DNA of 64,000 nt from the human T2T-CHM13v2.0 reference genome, Homo sapiens. Positions 1-15,588 of this stretch are shown here, in pieces. How positions within the stretch are numbered: the first letter of the stretch is position 1; each line of letters opens with the position of its first letter. The notes below the pieces were generated by a model that ran no database searches, was not told where the DNA came from, and saw nothing but the letters and a program-made list of their open reading frames with translations. The position numbers were made by a program, and so were the translations under genes. The stretch is taken from the NCBI RefSeq assembly GCF_009914755.1, contig NC_060933.1; one strand, 5' to 3'.

Positions 1-757
1 TTGGAGTTGGGTTTAGAGGTGTGGTCGATAGGGGTGGGATTGTGGTTAACATAAAGTTTAGGCTAGAGCTACATATGAGATCATGTCTTGTGTAAGGGTT
101 TTCTAACTGGGGAACCAGGACCTGGTTCTTCATGGTTTCCCGAGGATAACGTGGACTAAGTGTGTCTACCTGGTTTGTTCTTCCCTTGTGTCTGCTATGT
201 CAAAGAGTCTGAGAGTCAGGACCCTTCAAGGATGGAGCCAGCAGTAAATTGGGGGCCCTCAGGGTGATGGGTGTATAGGCGAAGGATGAGGCTGCTGAAG
301 AGGACTCTCTTCCTGACCCTGACGTTCTTTAAGAGCACACAGCCACATTGTTGAGACCAGAGGTATGCATGTGAAACCAAAACTATCCTATTAAAGGACA
401 AGCAATGGGACAGAAATGACAAACCAAAGTTTAAAGGAGAGATGAGCCTGGTCTGAGGTAGCCTAGAGGATTTATGGAGGAGAGGGTCTTTGCAGGATGG
501 ATTTGGACTGCATTTGTGTCTGTGGGTCTGTAAGATGGGCTGTCTGTTCTGTGTGCAAACTTGTCAACTTGTCTTTGTGTCTGTGCATTTTTGACTGTTT
601 GCTCGAGCATGTCTGATGCAGGGTGTTCATGAGTCCTTGAACACCCAAGGACTCATGAACACCCAAATCCAAGTTCATGAGTCCAAGAACACCCAAGTCA
701 TGTCCAAGGAAGACATAAGTGTGTTTTTCTTGACATGTTTGTGCTTACTCTGAACTC

Positions 758-806
758 TTAGGTTGGTGCAAAAGTAATTGTGGTTTTTGCCATTATGGCA
801 AAACCA
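758..806. mobile_element. MADE1 (Hsmar1-derived MITE), internally deleted/truncated
   Basis: TTAGGTTGGTGCAAAAGTAATTG(T)GGTTTTTGCCATT matches the MADE1 terminal inverted repeat. Confidence 0.85.
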
Positions 807-3299
807 TATGTGTGTAATTCTGCCCTGGCCCCTCACCGTATCTTCCCCCTCTGCCCTGATACACCCTAGCTGCTAGCACAATTTACTGCAAGGAGGGCTT
901 CCCTTCCCACCGTCTGGATTCCCATGGGTCAGTCTGCCTGCCCAGGGACCCGCCCCTGTGGCCTTTGTAGTAGGCCTGACCTTGGAATTGATACACTCTG
1001 GAAATCCCCTAGTATGCTACTTGCCTGGCTGTGGACCAGGCAAGAACACGAGAGAAGTTTATAGAGGAGGAGAGGGACAAGGCAGGAAAGGGGGGTAGTT
1101 GGCAGCACCCACCCCTCCTTCTGGAAACTGGATCTCACTGGCCTCTTCCCAGGCCCCCCTCTCCCTCCCCATGCTCTCCCAGGGTCCTGGCCTCACTGTC
1201 TCCGGGCATGAGAATGCACAGACCTCTGTAAGCCTGGTCAGCCCTGTGAGGCATCTGGTCCTTTGTGTCCCTAAGCACTTTACATGCCTGGATTGTGCTT
1301 ATCTGTCATATTGCCACCTGAGCTCAAGGAAGTCCTCCCTTCTCCTCTGTCCCTGCAGTGGACACAGAGGCCATTCTGGCCCTTCCATCTATGGCAGGCC
1401 TGGCCTAGACCATGGGCTCCAGAGGCCAGGTAGAGCATTCGGCCCTGGTTGTCTGGTTAAGCAGCAGAGGCCCAGCCACCTCCCACATGGTGCAGGAAGC
1501 AGTGTCTCCATGGAGTCTATTCCTGTGTTCATCCTGTGTCCCTTGCCCTCCCTGCCTGGGCTGCAGTGAGCAGGTATAGAAGTGAAGCAGTCACAGTCCC
1601 TGCCCTCAACAACTCAGCGTTGAACACAAGTGATGTTGTGGAGAAGCCACCCTCCTCCCACTGCTGGTGGTCGGTTTCCTGAAATTCCCTCCAGCCAATT
1701 CCGAAGTGCCCTTCTGGAAAGCCCAAGAGAAGAGCTCTAGAAGGTTGGGGCCATTCACCATGACATGTTGTTACCTGAGTGTGCCAGAGGTGAACCCAAA
1801 GATCCCAAGCAAGCACTGATGTATTCCTAGCATCTACCCCCAAACCTGAAGTAGTAAATTCTTGAGTTTATACCCTTCATGTGACTTTTGCTTCTTGCCT
1901 CTCTTCACCCTGGGGAAGATAGAACATGGATTTATGCAGGGATTATGGGATGAGCAAGGCTTCATCCACCATCAGCATTCCACATAAGTCATAGGCTATG
2001 ACCCCTATTTCTCTTAGCTCTTGACTTTGCCAAGAACTCAGAATCCTGAAGCTATCAGTTTCAGCTCATTTCTCTGCCCCTGGGACTTCTGTCAGCAGCA
2101 TGAGCCCATGCTGGCCTCAAGCAGGTAGGAGCCTGCAGGGAACCATGGGAAGGACCTGCTCCACCCTAAACCAGGATGTGTGCATGCTAACCCCTGGCTC
2201 CCTACCTGATGCTGCTGTGACCCTCCTGAGTCAATTCCCTTCATTCTGGGCTTCCCTCTATTCTCCTAGCTGTGTGGCTGCCTGCCCCACTCCCACCAGG
2301 CAGGGAGGATGTGCCTGTCACAAGACCTCCTTTGATCTTTGGGGATGCTTTAGAAAAACACCTGTTGAGTGTTGGTTCAGCAGGCCTGAACCTTGTGCTT
2401 CTCCATCCTGGAGACCATCCATGGGGTGGGCCCCCAACCCTTAGGCACAGAATCAGCATTCAGAGCAGGGACATATCCATGTTTCTTCCCATCCTGCCTC
2501 TTCTGTATCCAAGCAGTGGACACATTGTGCTAAATGCTGGGGTCCCATCAGAGGAAGCAAGTACTGCCACCTCCTCCTCCTCATGATGGGATGGTGAGTG
2601 ATCCTGGGTTTCCTTAGGAACCAGGGGCATCCCACTGTCCCTCAAAACATGTCATAAAGAAGTCACAGTACTTCTTGGCCTTTCTGTAGCTCTTGGCTCC
2701 TCTGTGGTAGGTCAGAAGGGGAATGCAGAGGTGCCATCTCCTGAGGGATAATAGCTGTCCAAAATCGATGTCCCTCCCATCTTCTCAGGGCAGCCTATTT
2801 ATCTTCCTGCTTCCCTGTCCTCTCCTCCCACCCATATAACCTCCTTGGTCCCTCATCTCACTGAGCACTGGGATGCCACCCTTGCCCTATTTCTCTATCT
2901 CCAGCCCCATGCTGTTGCTCAGGTTCCATGCATTTAGAGCTTTTTCTGTGATCTCTCCTGCTGATACAGTCTTCCAAGAGCACCTGCTGCACAGATATCA
3001 GCAGCAACTTTTAACCACCTTTCCCTGCCCACCTACACACTCACACTGCCACCAACTGCTTGGGCCCTAATAAAAAGTTTCCGTAGTAACTTCCAGAATC
3101 CCTCTCTACCTCCTGCTTTCTAGCTTTGCCTGTGCATACCATTCCCCCTTCCCACAGCCACGGCCCCTCCCAGCTCCCCACTTGTCCCTCTGGGTCTCTG
3201 CCCACACTCTCTTATATGTAAAAGAAACCTTTTTCTTCCCTTATCCACAAAGTCCCCTCTCATTAACGATGCCTTCTATCTACCACCAGTGTCTGTACT

Positions 3300-4545
3300 T
3301 TTAGCCAAAGCCAGCCCCTTGACTTGGGAATTCACTTCTATTCTGTGTCCTCTACAACAGGGCATTGCTCCAGTAGTTCTTCCCTCTTTTCCTCATCAGT
3401 TTATCCCTCTCAACTGAATCTTTCCCGTCAACATCCGGCGTGCTATGTATCTCATATTTTTCAAAAACCCTCTCTGAATCCCATGTTCTCTTTCTGCTAT
3501 TTCCTCATTTTTCTGCACCTCTCTGGAACAAACCTCCTTGAATACGTGATTATACTTGCTATCACCAATTGCTCTCCTTCTGTTGTATCTTGAATCCACT
3601 CCCATCACACCTTCATCACTCATCTAAATCTGTTTTTCTTAATGTCACAGAGGATCTCTATGTTTTTAAATTGAATGCCATTCATCTTGCTTGACTAGTT
3701 GGCAACTGGTTATGCAGTTTATCATTTTCTCTTTGAAATACTTTCCTCTCTTTGCTTTCAGTACACCACACTCTTCTGTTTTTCTTCCTACCTCACTGGC
3801 TACTGCTTCTTTGTTCCTCTATTTACTGGCTCCTCCTTTTATTCCCAGTTAACTTTAGAGTGTCCTAGCCCAGTCTTTAGATCTCTTCATTTACACTTAG
3901 TTCCATGGTGATGTTATCCAGTTGCATGGTTTTATCTATATCTATATCTATATCTATATCTATATCTATATCTATATCTATATCTATGTCTGTCTGTCAT
4001 CTGCAACCAGGACCCTCCCTGAGGACTATCAGGCTTCTGTGTTGAAGATAGACTGTTGGGGATATGGTGTCAGGATAAAATGGGGGACGTTATGATGCTA
4101 CTGCAGTAATGGTAGCAGTAGAGAGAGTGAGAAGTGGTCATATTCTGGATGGATTTTTGAAGTAAAGACAACAGGATTTACTGATGGAACGGATGTGGAC
4201 TGTTAGGAAAAAAAATTCAAGAATGACACTATTGTTTTTGCCCTGAATTACTGGAAAGATGGAATTGCCTTTAACTGATGTGAGAAATACCATGATTGGA
4301 GCAGATTTGGTATGTGTAAATGGATGATGGTGGTGGGTGGGCAGGGAATCGAGAGTTCATTTTTGTATAGGTTGAGATGAATATTTGATATCCAAATATA
4401 TATGTTGATTAGGCAATTTGAACCTATGAGACTATCTACCTCATGAGATGACAAGCTCCCCTGGGGCAAGGCTTGTGTCTTGTTTGTTATGTTTGGCATA
4501 GTACTTGGCACATAGTAAGTATTCCAATATTTTAATTATTGAATG
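3300..4545. mobile_element. L2 LINE fragments (segment ~4023-4428 inverted)
   Basis: L2-type motifs such as ctcttgaaatactttcctct..., tttttgaagtaaagacaacaggatttactgatgg, and 3' end cttggcacatagtaagt...aata. Confidence 0.7.
3933..3998. repeat. (TATATC)n microsatellite with short (TGTC)n tail
   Basis: Direct reading. Confidence 0.95.
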
Positions 4546-5107
4546 TAAGATGTTTTTCAAAGTAATTTTTATTGTGACCCTTCTGGGATTCTCCTGACCA
4601 GCTAATTACTTCCTCCTGTGGCACAACCTCACACCTTATAGCACTCATCACAAAGATGTAACGCTTTCTCTGCCTCCTCAGCGCAGACTTTGGATTCAAC
4701 TAATATAAGGTATTACTATGCATTAGCTACTTTCTTAGGCCCTGGGGTTATGAGGCATATTTTAACCATTCAGGCAAGTTAAGGATGAGAAACTGAACTA
4801 CAAGGAGAGTCAGTAAAAATAGAGGAAAGGGGGCTAACTTGAGAGTCATCAAGATTAGAACCCAGTGACTGTCTTGATGTATGAACTGAGAAAAAAAGTG
4901 AATGTATAGTGATAACGTTCCCTGACTTTGGAAATCAGGTTGGTGAGGTGGAGGTTTTGAATTAATTTGCATTGTCTCTGTAACAAGATAGAGTTTTGTG
5001 TCAGTTGTTGAATATACAGTTTGGAGCTCAGTGGAAAGACTGGGTCAGAAATGTGGCTTTGAGAATCATCAGTACATTAACAGTAATTGAGGTTTGGGGT
5101 ATGTATG

Positions 5108-5240
5108 TACAATTATCCCATTTTGCCAGATCTAGAAACTGGGGCTCAGAAATGTTAAGTAACTTGTCAAATCTCTGAGCTAGAATTCTAAACTTCATTT
5201 TTCCCCACATTCCATTCTTGTGACTTTGACTTTAAAATCT
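5108..5240. mobile_element. MIR SINE fragment
   Basis: attatcccattttgccaga...gaaactggggctcagaaatgttaagtaacttg matches the MIR core. Confidence 0.7.
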
Positions 5241-5325
5241 GCATTCTCCCCACAGGGTCAGGCATTTGTCCTAAAAGTTACAAAAACACTTGCTCAAGAA
5301 TTTTGTAATATTTTCTTTGTGCTGT

Positions 5326-5331
5326 TTTATT
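5326..5331 (-). terminator. Candidate distal poly(A) signal AATAAA (~2 kb 3' UTR)
   Basis: tttatt on + strand; first canonical hexamer I found downstream of the stop codon. Confidence 0.35.
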
Positions 5332-7205
5332 GCCCTTTGTTCATATTTATCATTTTGCCTTAAAATCATTCTTTGGTCACTTCAGCCAGAAATTTCCAGA
5401 GGGAAGGGGGTGACCCAAATCTTTTACTCATATTTAACCTATTGAGTGGAGCAAGCACAACCTTGAGCTATGCTGTTCTGCCATGGCTCCTTAAGAGGTC
5501 AGGCGTTCCAGGGAGACTAGTGCCTGCCTTAACCCAAGTAACTGGAGAAGGAAGGACAAGGTCCCCTTAGGTCTCCTTAGAGGTTCGAAGGAATATGAGT
5601 ATGATGGCCATTATTAAGAGGCTTGATGTGTGGCTAGGATTACCAAAGCTGCCTTTGGTGGTGGATCACTCACCCAGTGATGGTGCTGGGATTGGGGTGG
5701 GAGGCTCGACCGAAAAGGTAGCAGGAAAGAACTCTAGGAACATCTTGGTATGGCAAGCTACACTGAGAGACCTCCCAAAGCAGGTCTGTAGGAGGGACTT
5801 TGTTTAATCTGTGTGTGAGGGAGAATGTGAATAGGATATCACTGAGAGGGGCTTACATTTCTTAGCAGCTCCTTGTAGATCTCAGCTTGCCACTCAGCCT
5901 CCCTCTTGGACTTCATTTCATTCCAAAGGTTTCAGAGAATTCCACATAGTATTTCAATTAATAATAACTATGTATTTCCCTGAATAGCAAAATATTGGAC
6001 ATTCCCAGAGAGAGGCAAAAGGGCCAGAGTCCCACCACCTCAGTTATGAGCAGCTGATCTCATTGTTAGACTCATGTGTGGCATTAAATTGTAGATTTGT
6101 GGTCACTTTCTGTGTTAATAGGACACTTTCCAAAAGCCTTGTCTTCTTTTGACAGCCAAGGTGATTGGCTTCAGTGTTTTCAGAAGTGCAGTGGGACACA
6201 ATGAAGAGATGTAAAAGGGTGACAGGAACCAAGGGCTGGAGCTGCCAGGCTTCTGTGGTGCCGTCCTTGGCAGGAAAAAGTGTAGGAGTCATCCCCTGAG
6301 GAAAAGGCACCAGGTAGATCCTGGGAGGGGATTCAGCTGACTGGGTGCCCACCATTAGTTACTGTGAAGATAAATTTAAGGAGTAAGGATCATGGCAAGG
6401 AGAGTGGTGGAGAAGGGCTCCAGGCACAGGTGGTATAGAAACAGTAGGCCTGGGTACAAGCTGCTGGCAGTAACTTGACAGGCTCACATATGTTTAGAAA
6501 ACCTCTTATATTTGTGGTTCTTTCCCAGAAACTTCAGTGCTCAACACCCTGCCCTTCATCACACTAAGGGCAAGCAGAACTAAGCTCAGTGATCCCTCCC
6601 AAAGCACTTGGGCCTTGGGTTTGCCTCCTGGCTCTAGGCTCATTTTAGCACCAAGCAAACTGTCTTTTCTCTATTCTCATGTCCTGGTCAGGCATGAGAA
6701 TCAACTTTTGTCACAGGTACTCTGACCTCCAACTACGTGACCCTGCTCCCTACCAATCCCTGGGCCTGTGGGACAGGCCCTTCTCCATTTTCTACTGTCA
6801 TCTCATTCCAGGAGGCTTTCATTTCATGCAACTGAGAGGCAGTGGAGGCAGTAAACAGGCAGCAGGATTACAGCAGGCTCCAAGATGGATTTTCTAGAAA
6901 GATCTTCCCAGTATAAACAGGGAGAAGTCAGAGGAGAGTCTATCATCTGGATCTGACATCTGTCTTATTAGATATTGTGTTTTGATAAACACAAAAGCAC
7001 CTCCTCAAGGAGGGAATACTGTGGCACTCCTCTAAAATGAACCATCTGAATTGTGGGTTAAAGCTCCTTCCCTAGACAGGAAGGTCTTTTTAGCCTCCCT
7101 CACACCTTCCCTTAACACAATACAGTGGAGATAAGGAGCAGATGGGCAACGTATTGCTGAAACATATAGAGTGCATTTCTAGTGGCACCCTGCCCCACCA
7201 GCATA

Positions 7206-7211
7206 TTTATG
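7206..7211 (-). terminator. Candidate proximal non-canonical poly(A) signal CATAAA
   Basis: tttatg on + strand, ~125 nt downstream of the ancestral stop codon. Confidence 0.3.
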
Positions 7212-7333
7212 GAAATGAAAATACTGGTCCTCTGGAGGGCTGCAGCAGTTGGGGAGCCTATAAACTCTTTTTCATGGCTCTGTGTGTTCTCCTTGAGCAG
7301 ACCAATGTTTCTATCTGAACTGAGGGTTAGGAG

Positions 7334-11155
<3,822 letters not shown>

Positions 11156-12103
11156 CTAGCGTTGGCATTGCCCTTCCCTAGTCCTGCAAGTCTAGAAGCC
11201 TACACCCCCTTCATGTCTACTCCTCTACTTTTCTTCTTAAGAAAATGGCATTTGGTAAGGTATGGTGGGCTGGGGGTTAGGACTTGTTGGACAAGGCCTC
11301 AGACAACCCACAGAAGGGCATGGCCCTCAGAGAAGACTGGGAGCTGAGTTCTGTGTTGGCCTTGTTGAGAAGCTGAACTAGGAGAAAGGAACCAAGCATG
11401 TGGAAGAGTCAGTTGGTTAGCTGATGGGGCATAACCAGGAATATCACAAGGTAGAACTGTCTTGCAGTCTCATTTGAGGCTAAGAAACCCGAAGTCTAGT
11501 TTTCAGTACATCCAAACTGTGGAAAATGAGGTTTATATGGTACTTATGCATTCTGGGGGCTATGAGATATCCCTGATGATGTACCCAACATCTCCTGGGA
11601 ATCAATCTTTTTCTCTAGAAATCTTAAGAGGATAAGATGATAGGCTCCTGTCTTAGGGCTGTGCCAGGAACTGGACTCCTTGAATACAGAACTAAAGGAA
11701 GTATTATCAGCAGGGTTCATCTTGGTCAGCTCAGTCTGCCCATGTAAGGATGTAGCTGTAAAGAGAATGTGACATGGGTGACTTTCTCATGCAAAATCCA
11801 TTCTCTTGACTGGATAACATATCTCAGAGCTGAGTAGAACCCCATATAATGTCTTTTATGAATAATGTACTAGTAAAATCCTGAATTTCAGAACTACTGT
11901 GACCCTGCCCCAAATCAGTATTGGGTGACTCTTTCCTCCTGAGATGATTATGCCTTTGCAACCCTCTCAACTAGTGAACCAGCCTCCACTGTGTATGTCT
12001 CCCTCCCAGCCATTTTCCATCTCCTCAGTCCTGCCCCAGGCTAAATGAAAAAATCACCACAGGCCAGGCTGGTGTTTAGAGACTGCAAACAGCAATAGAT
12101 CAC

Positions 12104-12164
12104 CTTTTCATGACAGAGAACAGCTCTTGTGGCTTCTGATCTTCTTCCTGAGAAAGTCTCCTAG
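12104..12164 (-). pseudogene. SPATA31F2P: Exon 3 (61 nt, ARRLSQEEDQKPQELFSVMKS)
   Basis: Acceptor tcttctggttcctcag/ and donor AAAG/gtgatc; phases 1 to 2 fit. Confidence 0.88.
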
Positions 12165-12334
12165 CTGAGGAACCAGAAGACAGTGTTATAGTAGACAGTG
12201 GCATGGTAGAGTTTTCAGAGTATCTGGAGGAGGTTGGAGGCCTTTGACTCTCAGCAAGAAGACACTGAGAACCCTAATTATAAATGCTTTAAGGCCTTTC
12301 TGTGCACAGTGTAATGAATCATGACTTGTTCTTC

Positions 12335-12480
12335 TGTGCCCATTCTTATTTGACTTTAACAACCATACTGTGAGTGAGAGGATCATCAGATGCCCATGTT
12401 ATGGCAAACAAGACTGAGAGATGAAGTGACTTCCACAGGTTTTAAAACTAGCAAATGACACAGCTAAGGACATCTGCACT
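12335..12480. mobile_element. MIR fragment in intron 2
   Basis: aacaaccatactgtgag...cccatgttatgg...gactgagagatgaagtgacttcc is MIR-like. Confidence 0.55.
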
Positions 12481-12691
12481 ATTTCCTCAATTCTTTATTC
12501 CCATGGGAATAATGTAGAGAATTTTGGAACGTTTCCAAGGTAAGATTTCCCACCCATGGAAGTTTCAGTCTGGGGAACTGGAGTCTTCAGTGGCAGAGCA
12601 CCTGGCTCTTGGCTTCAGGGGTCATAGAGGGACAGGATTCATAGGAAACACCCACAGTGGAAGGGAGTCAGAGGAGAGATTGGGACTTCAC

Positions 12692-12737
12692 CTGTTGATG
12701 CTGCATCTCTAGCTCTTTGCCTGACTTTTTGGTGACG
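12692..12737 (-). pseudogene. SPATA31F2P: Exon 2 (46 nt, RHQKVRQRARDAAST)
   Basis: Acceptor tttttgtcttttaag/ and donor ACAG/gtgaag; phases 0 to 1 fit the neighbouring exons. Confidence 0.88.
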
Positions 12738-13363
12738 CTTAAAAGACAAAAACATTAGAATGTGAAGCTGGGACACCATTTTCTTTCTCATGTCCAAAAT
12801 GAGACTTACATTTATTTTCCACTCCCTTTCTATATATCTATCTGTATTTTATACGCTTTCCTGGATTTTCTTTGCCTATTCCACCTTTTTACTCCATTTT
12901 CCTTCTCTGCTTATTTCGGATTCACTTGGAGCCTTTTCCAAATTCTATACCTTCCATCTGATTCCCAGATAAGTCCTGCTGGATGCTGAGGATGAAGCAA
13001 GAGAAAGGATAGTACAGATCAAAGAGTATGTGGTTCTAATACCCAAAGACTTCAGTTTATAAACACCTTAAAGGGCCACCAACCAAAAAAATCCCCCATA
13101 TTGTGAGGTCTTTTGAGATCCAGTGAGATAGATCCCATATCATCTAGGTCTCTATTCAAGTCAAATGGAAAGCTTCTTGGCTTTTCAATTAGAGTATGGT
13201 TCAGGGAAGACCTGGTAAGGAATTACTTTTAGGCTCTGAGAAGGAAAAGACTATATAAAAGTAACTAAAGGTATGGCATAAAAATTGGGGGAGAGGGGAA
13301 GTGGGGTCAATAAGGAAGGACTCTGGAGCTTAAAAGCATATTATCTGAGGCTTAATTAGTTCA

Positions 13364-13534
<171 letters not shown>

Positions 13535-15435
13535 CTAAACCTCATTAGCATGAGATCAGCCATCCCTCTATCTCGGCATTCAGGGTTCTGGTGCCTAATG
13601 ACTCCCAGTGCTAGGCCTTGTCATATCCACCTCACAGAGGACGGAACTAGGCCACCAGACTGCATCACAAAGCCCTCCTGTTTCATAAGGTACATGTAGT
13701 AGGGAAGCTCATGTGGTGATTCAGTCTGTAGATGAGGGTGTTTTGAGCCTGGGACTGAAGGTGCCACAAGCAGTGTCTCTTTCCTAGTCTGTCTTCACTT
13801 TCCACTCCCTATACCAGCCTGATGTCTCGGCTCTCTCCTTCACAACTGTATGGTCACCTGTCCTCAGAAAACTGAGTGCTTTGGCACAGGGGCACCTTAT
13901 GAGAAGGGGTGGTTAGGCCAGAGGAACCTCCACTAACTCTCCCACTAGTTTTGGAAATATACCTGAGAAGCACACAAGAATTTAGGGAGGGCAGAGTCTG
14001 GTTATGGCTTGGAGATGGAGATCTTTGATGTTTCAGGCAATGGGTGATTGGTAACAGAGGTGCGGGAAGGGGATTATGGCTGATGTGGTAGGGTGATAGG
14101 GAGAGGCCAAGGTGGCCGTATCTATCCAGTCTGTGTGGCCTCAAGCTTGCAGATGGGTGGGGAGAGATTGTAAATGCTGCAATCTTTTTGAGGCACATTA
14201 ATGTGGCTCACTTCTGGAATACTGTCCAAATCATGGTTTTCTAGAGCTGCCTCTGTCCTTCTTATAGCATTCTGCCTGTTCAGGGAGATGAATGCCTGTA
14301 GAGATGGATTAGTAGCCATTTCTGGCTTTGGGTCGCAAACTGGTTGCTGCTTGTGGTTGGATCTATTCATCTCTGGATGTATTCTGTTTGCCTGTAGGAT
14401 TTTTATTTGTTTGCTTGAGTCGGATTCTGGAAACTTTTAAAGCAGAGCAGCTGTTTTCCACTTTTGCCTCAGGACTCATCACTCCTATACTCTGCCGATT
14501 AATTTATACATTTATGTTACCTGCTTAACCTCCATGAATATTGCAATACTTCCCTAACAGCCAATGATTTCTGAATATGCTTAGAAGGTGTCGCCCTGGT
14601 GAGAATGGTTATAGCCAAAAGCGGAGAAAAAAATTCTTGGGCTCGAAATCTTTGAACATTCATCCAGCATCCCATCCTTTACCTCACTGGCATGGTAAGT
14701 ATATTCAGTATGCTCATCCCTAAGCTGGGTGATGTCAAGGGTACAAGGACTTTGAGTCATGTTGGCTTCCTCCTCTCAAGACACTTAAAAATCTAGTTTC
14801 GAAGACAAGACAAATTTACGTGAATCAAGAGCCAATGGCTTATTTCAAATAATTTGATGTATTACTGAGGTTCAGGTCTCAACCTTTCAAGAGAGAGAAT
14901 GCATGGAGGGGATCAGTTTGGTCAGAGAGGGTTCCTGGGGAGATTAATTTTGGAGTTTTGTCTAAAAGTGCAGGTTATAGGGAAAAGGACTGTTCCAGGT
15001 GGCAGAGAAAATTCCTAACAAACGCAGAACCCCAAGGAATGTGCCACAGAGTTCATTTGATACTAAAAAATGCAGTCTATCTTTAGCAGAGGTGCAGATG
15101 AATGGATTGGAGAGCAATTGTGGGAAAGATTGGAGGAGCAGGGGTGAGGCCCTCCTTGATGGAGGGCCTTTGCATTTATTTTATTTTAATCACTTAGATT
15201 AATTGATTTTTTAAAGTAAGCATACATATAAATGGTATAAACTTCAAAAGGTAGAAGAAGATATAACATACTGTCTCCTCATCCTTGTCTCTCATCTCTC
15301 ATTTTTATTCCCTCAGTCAATCACTTCTATCAGGTTCTTGTGTATCTTTCCAGACTAGTCTAGCATAAATTTAAAAAATGAATTTCAATGTTTTATTCAC
15401 AAAGGGAAAGATAGTATAGATACTTTTCTCTCTAA

Positions 15436-15588
15436 TTTCCCTCCTTCTCCTCCTCCTCCTTCTTCTTCTCCTTCTCCTCCTCCTTGTTCTTCTTCTTCTC
15501 CTCCTCCTCCTTCTTCTTCCCCTCCCTCCCTTCCTTCCTTCCTCCTCCTCTTCCTCCTCTTCTCCTTCCTTCTTCTTCTTCTTCTTCT
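15436..15588. repeat. (TCC)n/(TTC)n/(TTCC)n polypyrimidine tract, expanded tail of the adjacent AluJ
   Basis: ~150 nt almost purely C/T, directly abutting the Alu 3' end. Confidence 0.9.

Larger units (their letters stand above)
2110..7065 (+). repeat. Ancient local segmental duplication, copy A (3' flank of SPATA31F2P)
   Basis: Colinear blocks match 59932-63995, e.g. ggaaggacctgctccacc, cctcctttgatctttggggatgcttt, tctatcatctgg..tgacatctgtc; roughly 75-80% identity by eye with large indels. Confidence 0.9.

Noticed and set aside
2241-2645. Parallel ORFs preserved in both duplicate copies (2272-2586 + vs 60121-60393 +; 2241-2459 - vs 60009-60269 -), suggesting a hidden gene
   Set aside because: Substitutions are spread across codon positions (about 13/12/19), there are no convincing starts or splice structure, and I recognise no protein family; the similarity is explained by DNA-level paralogy.
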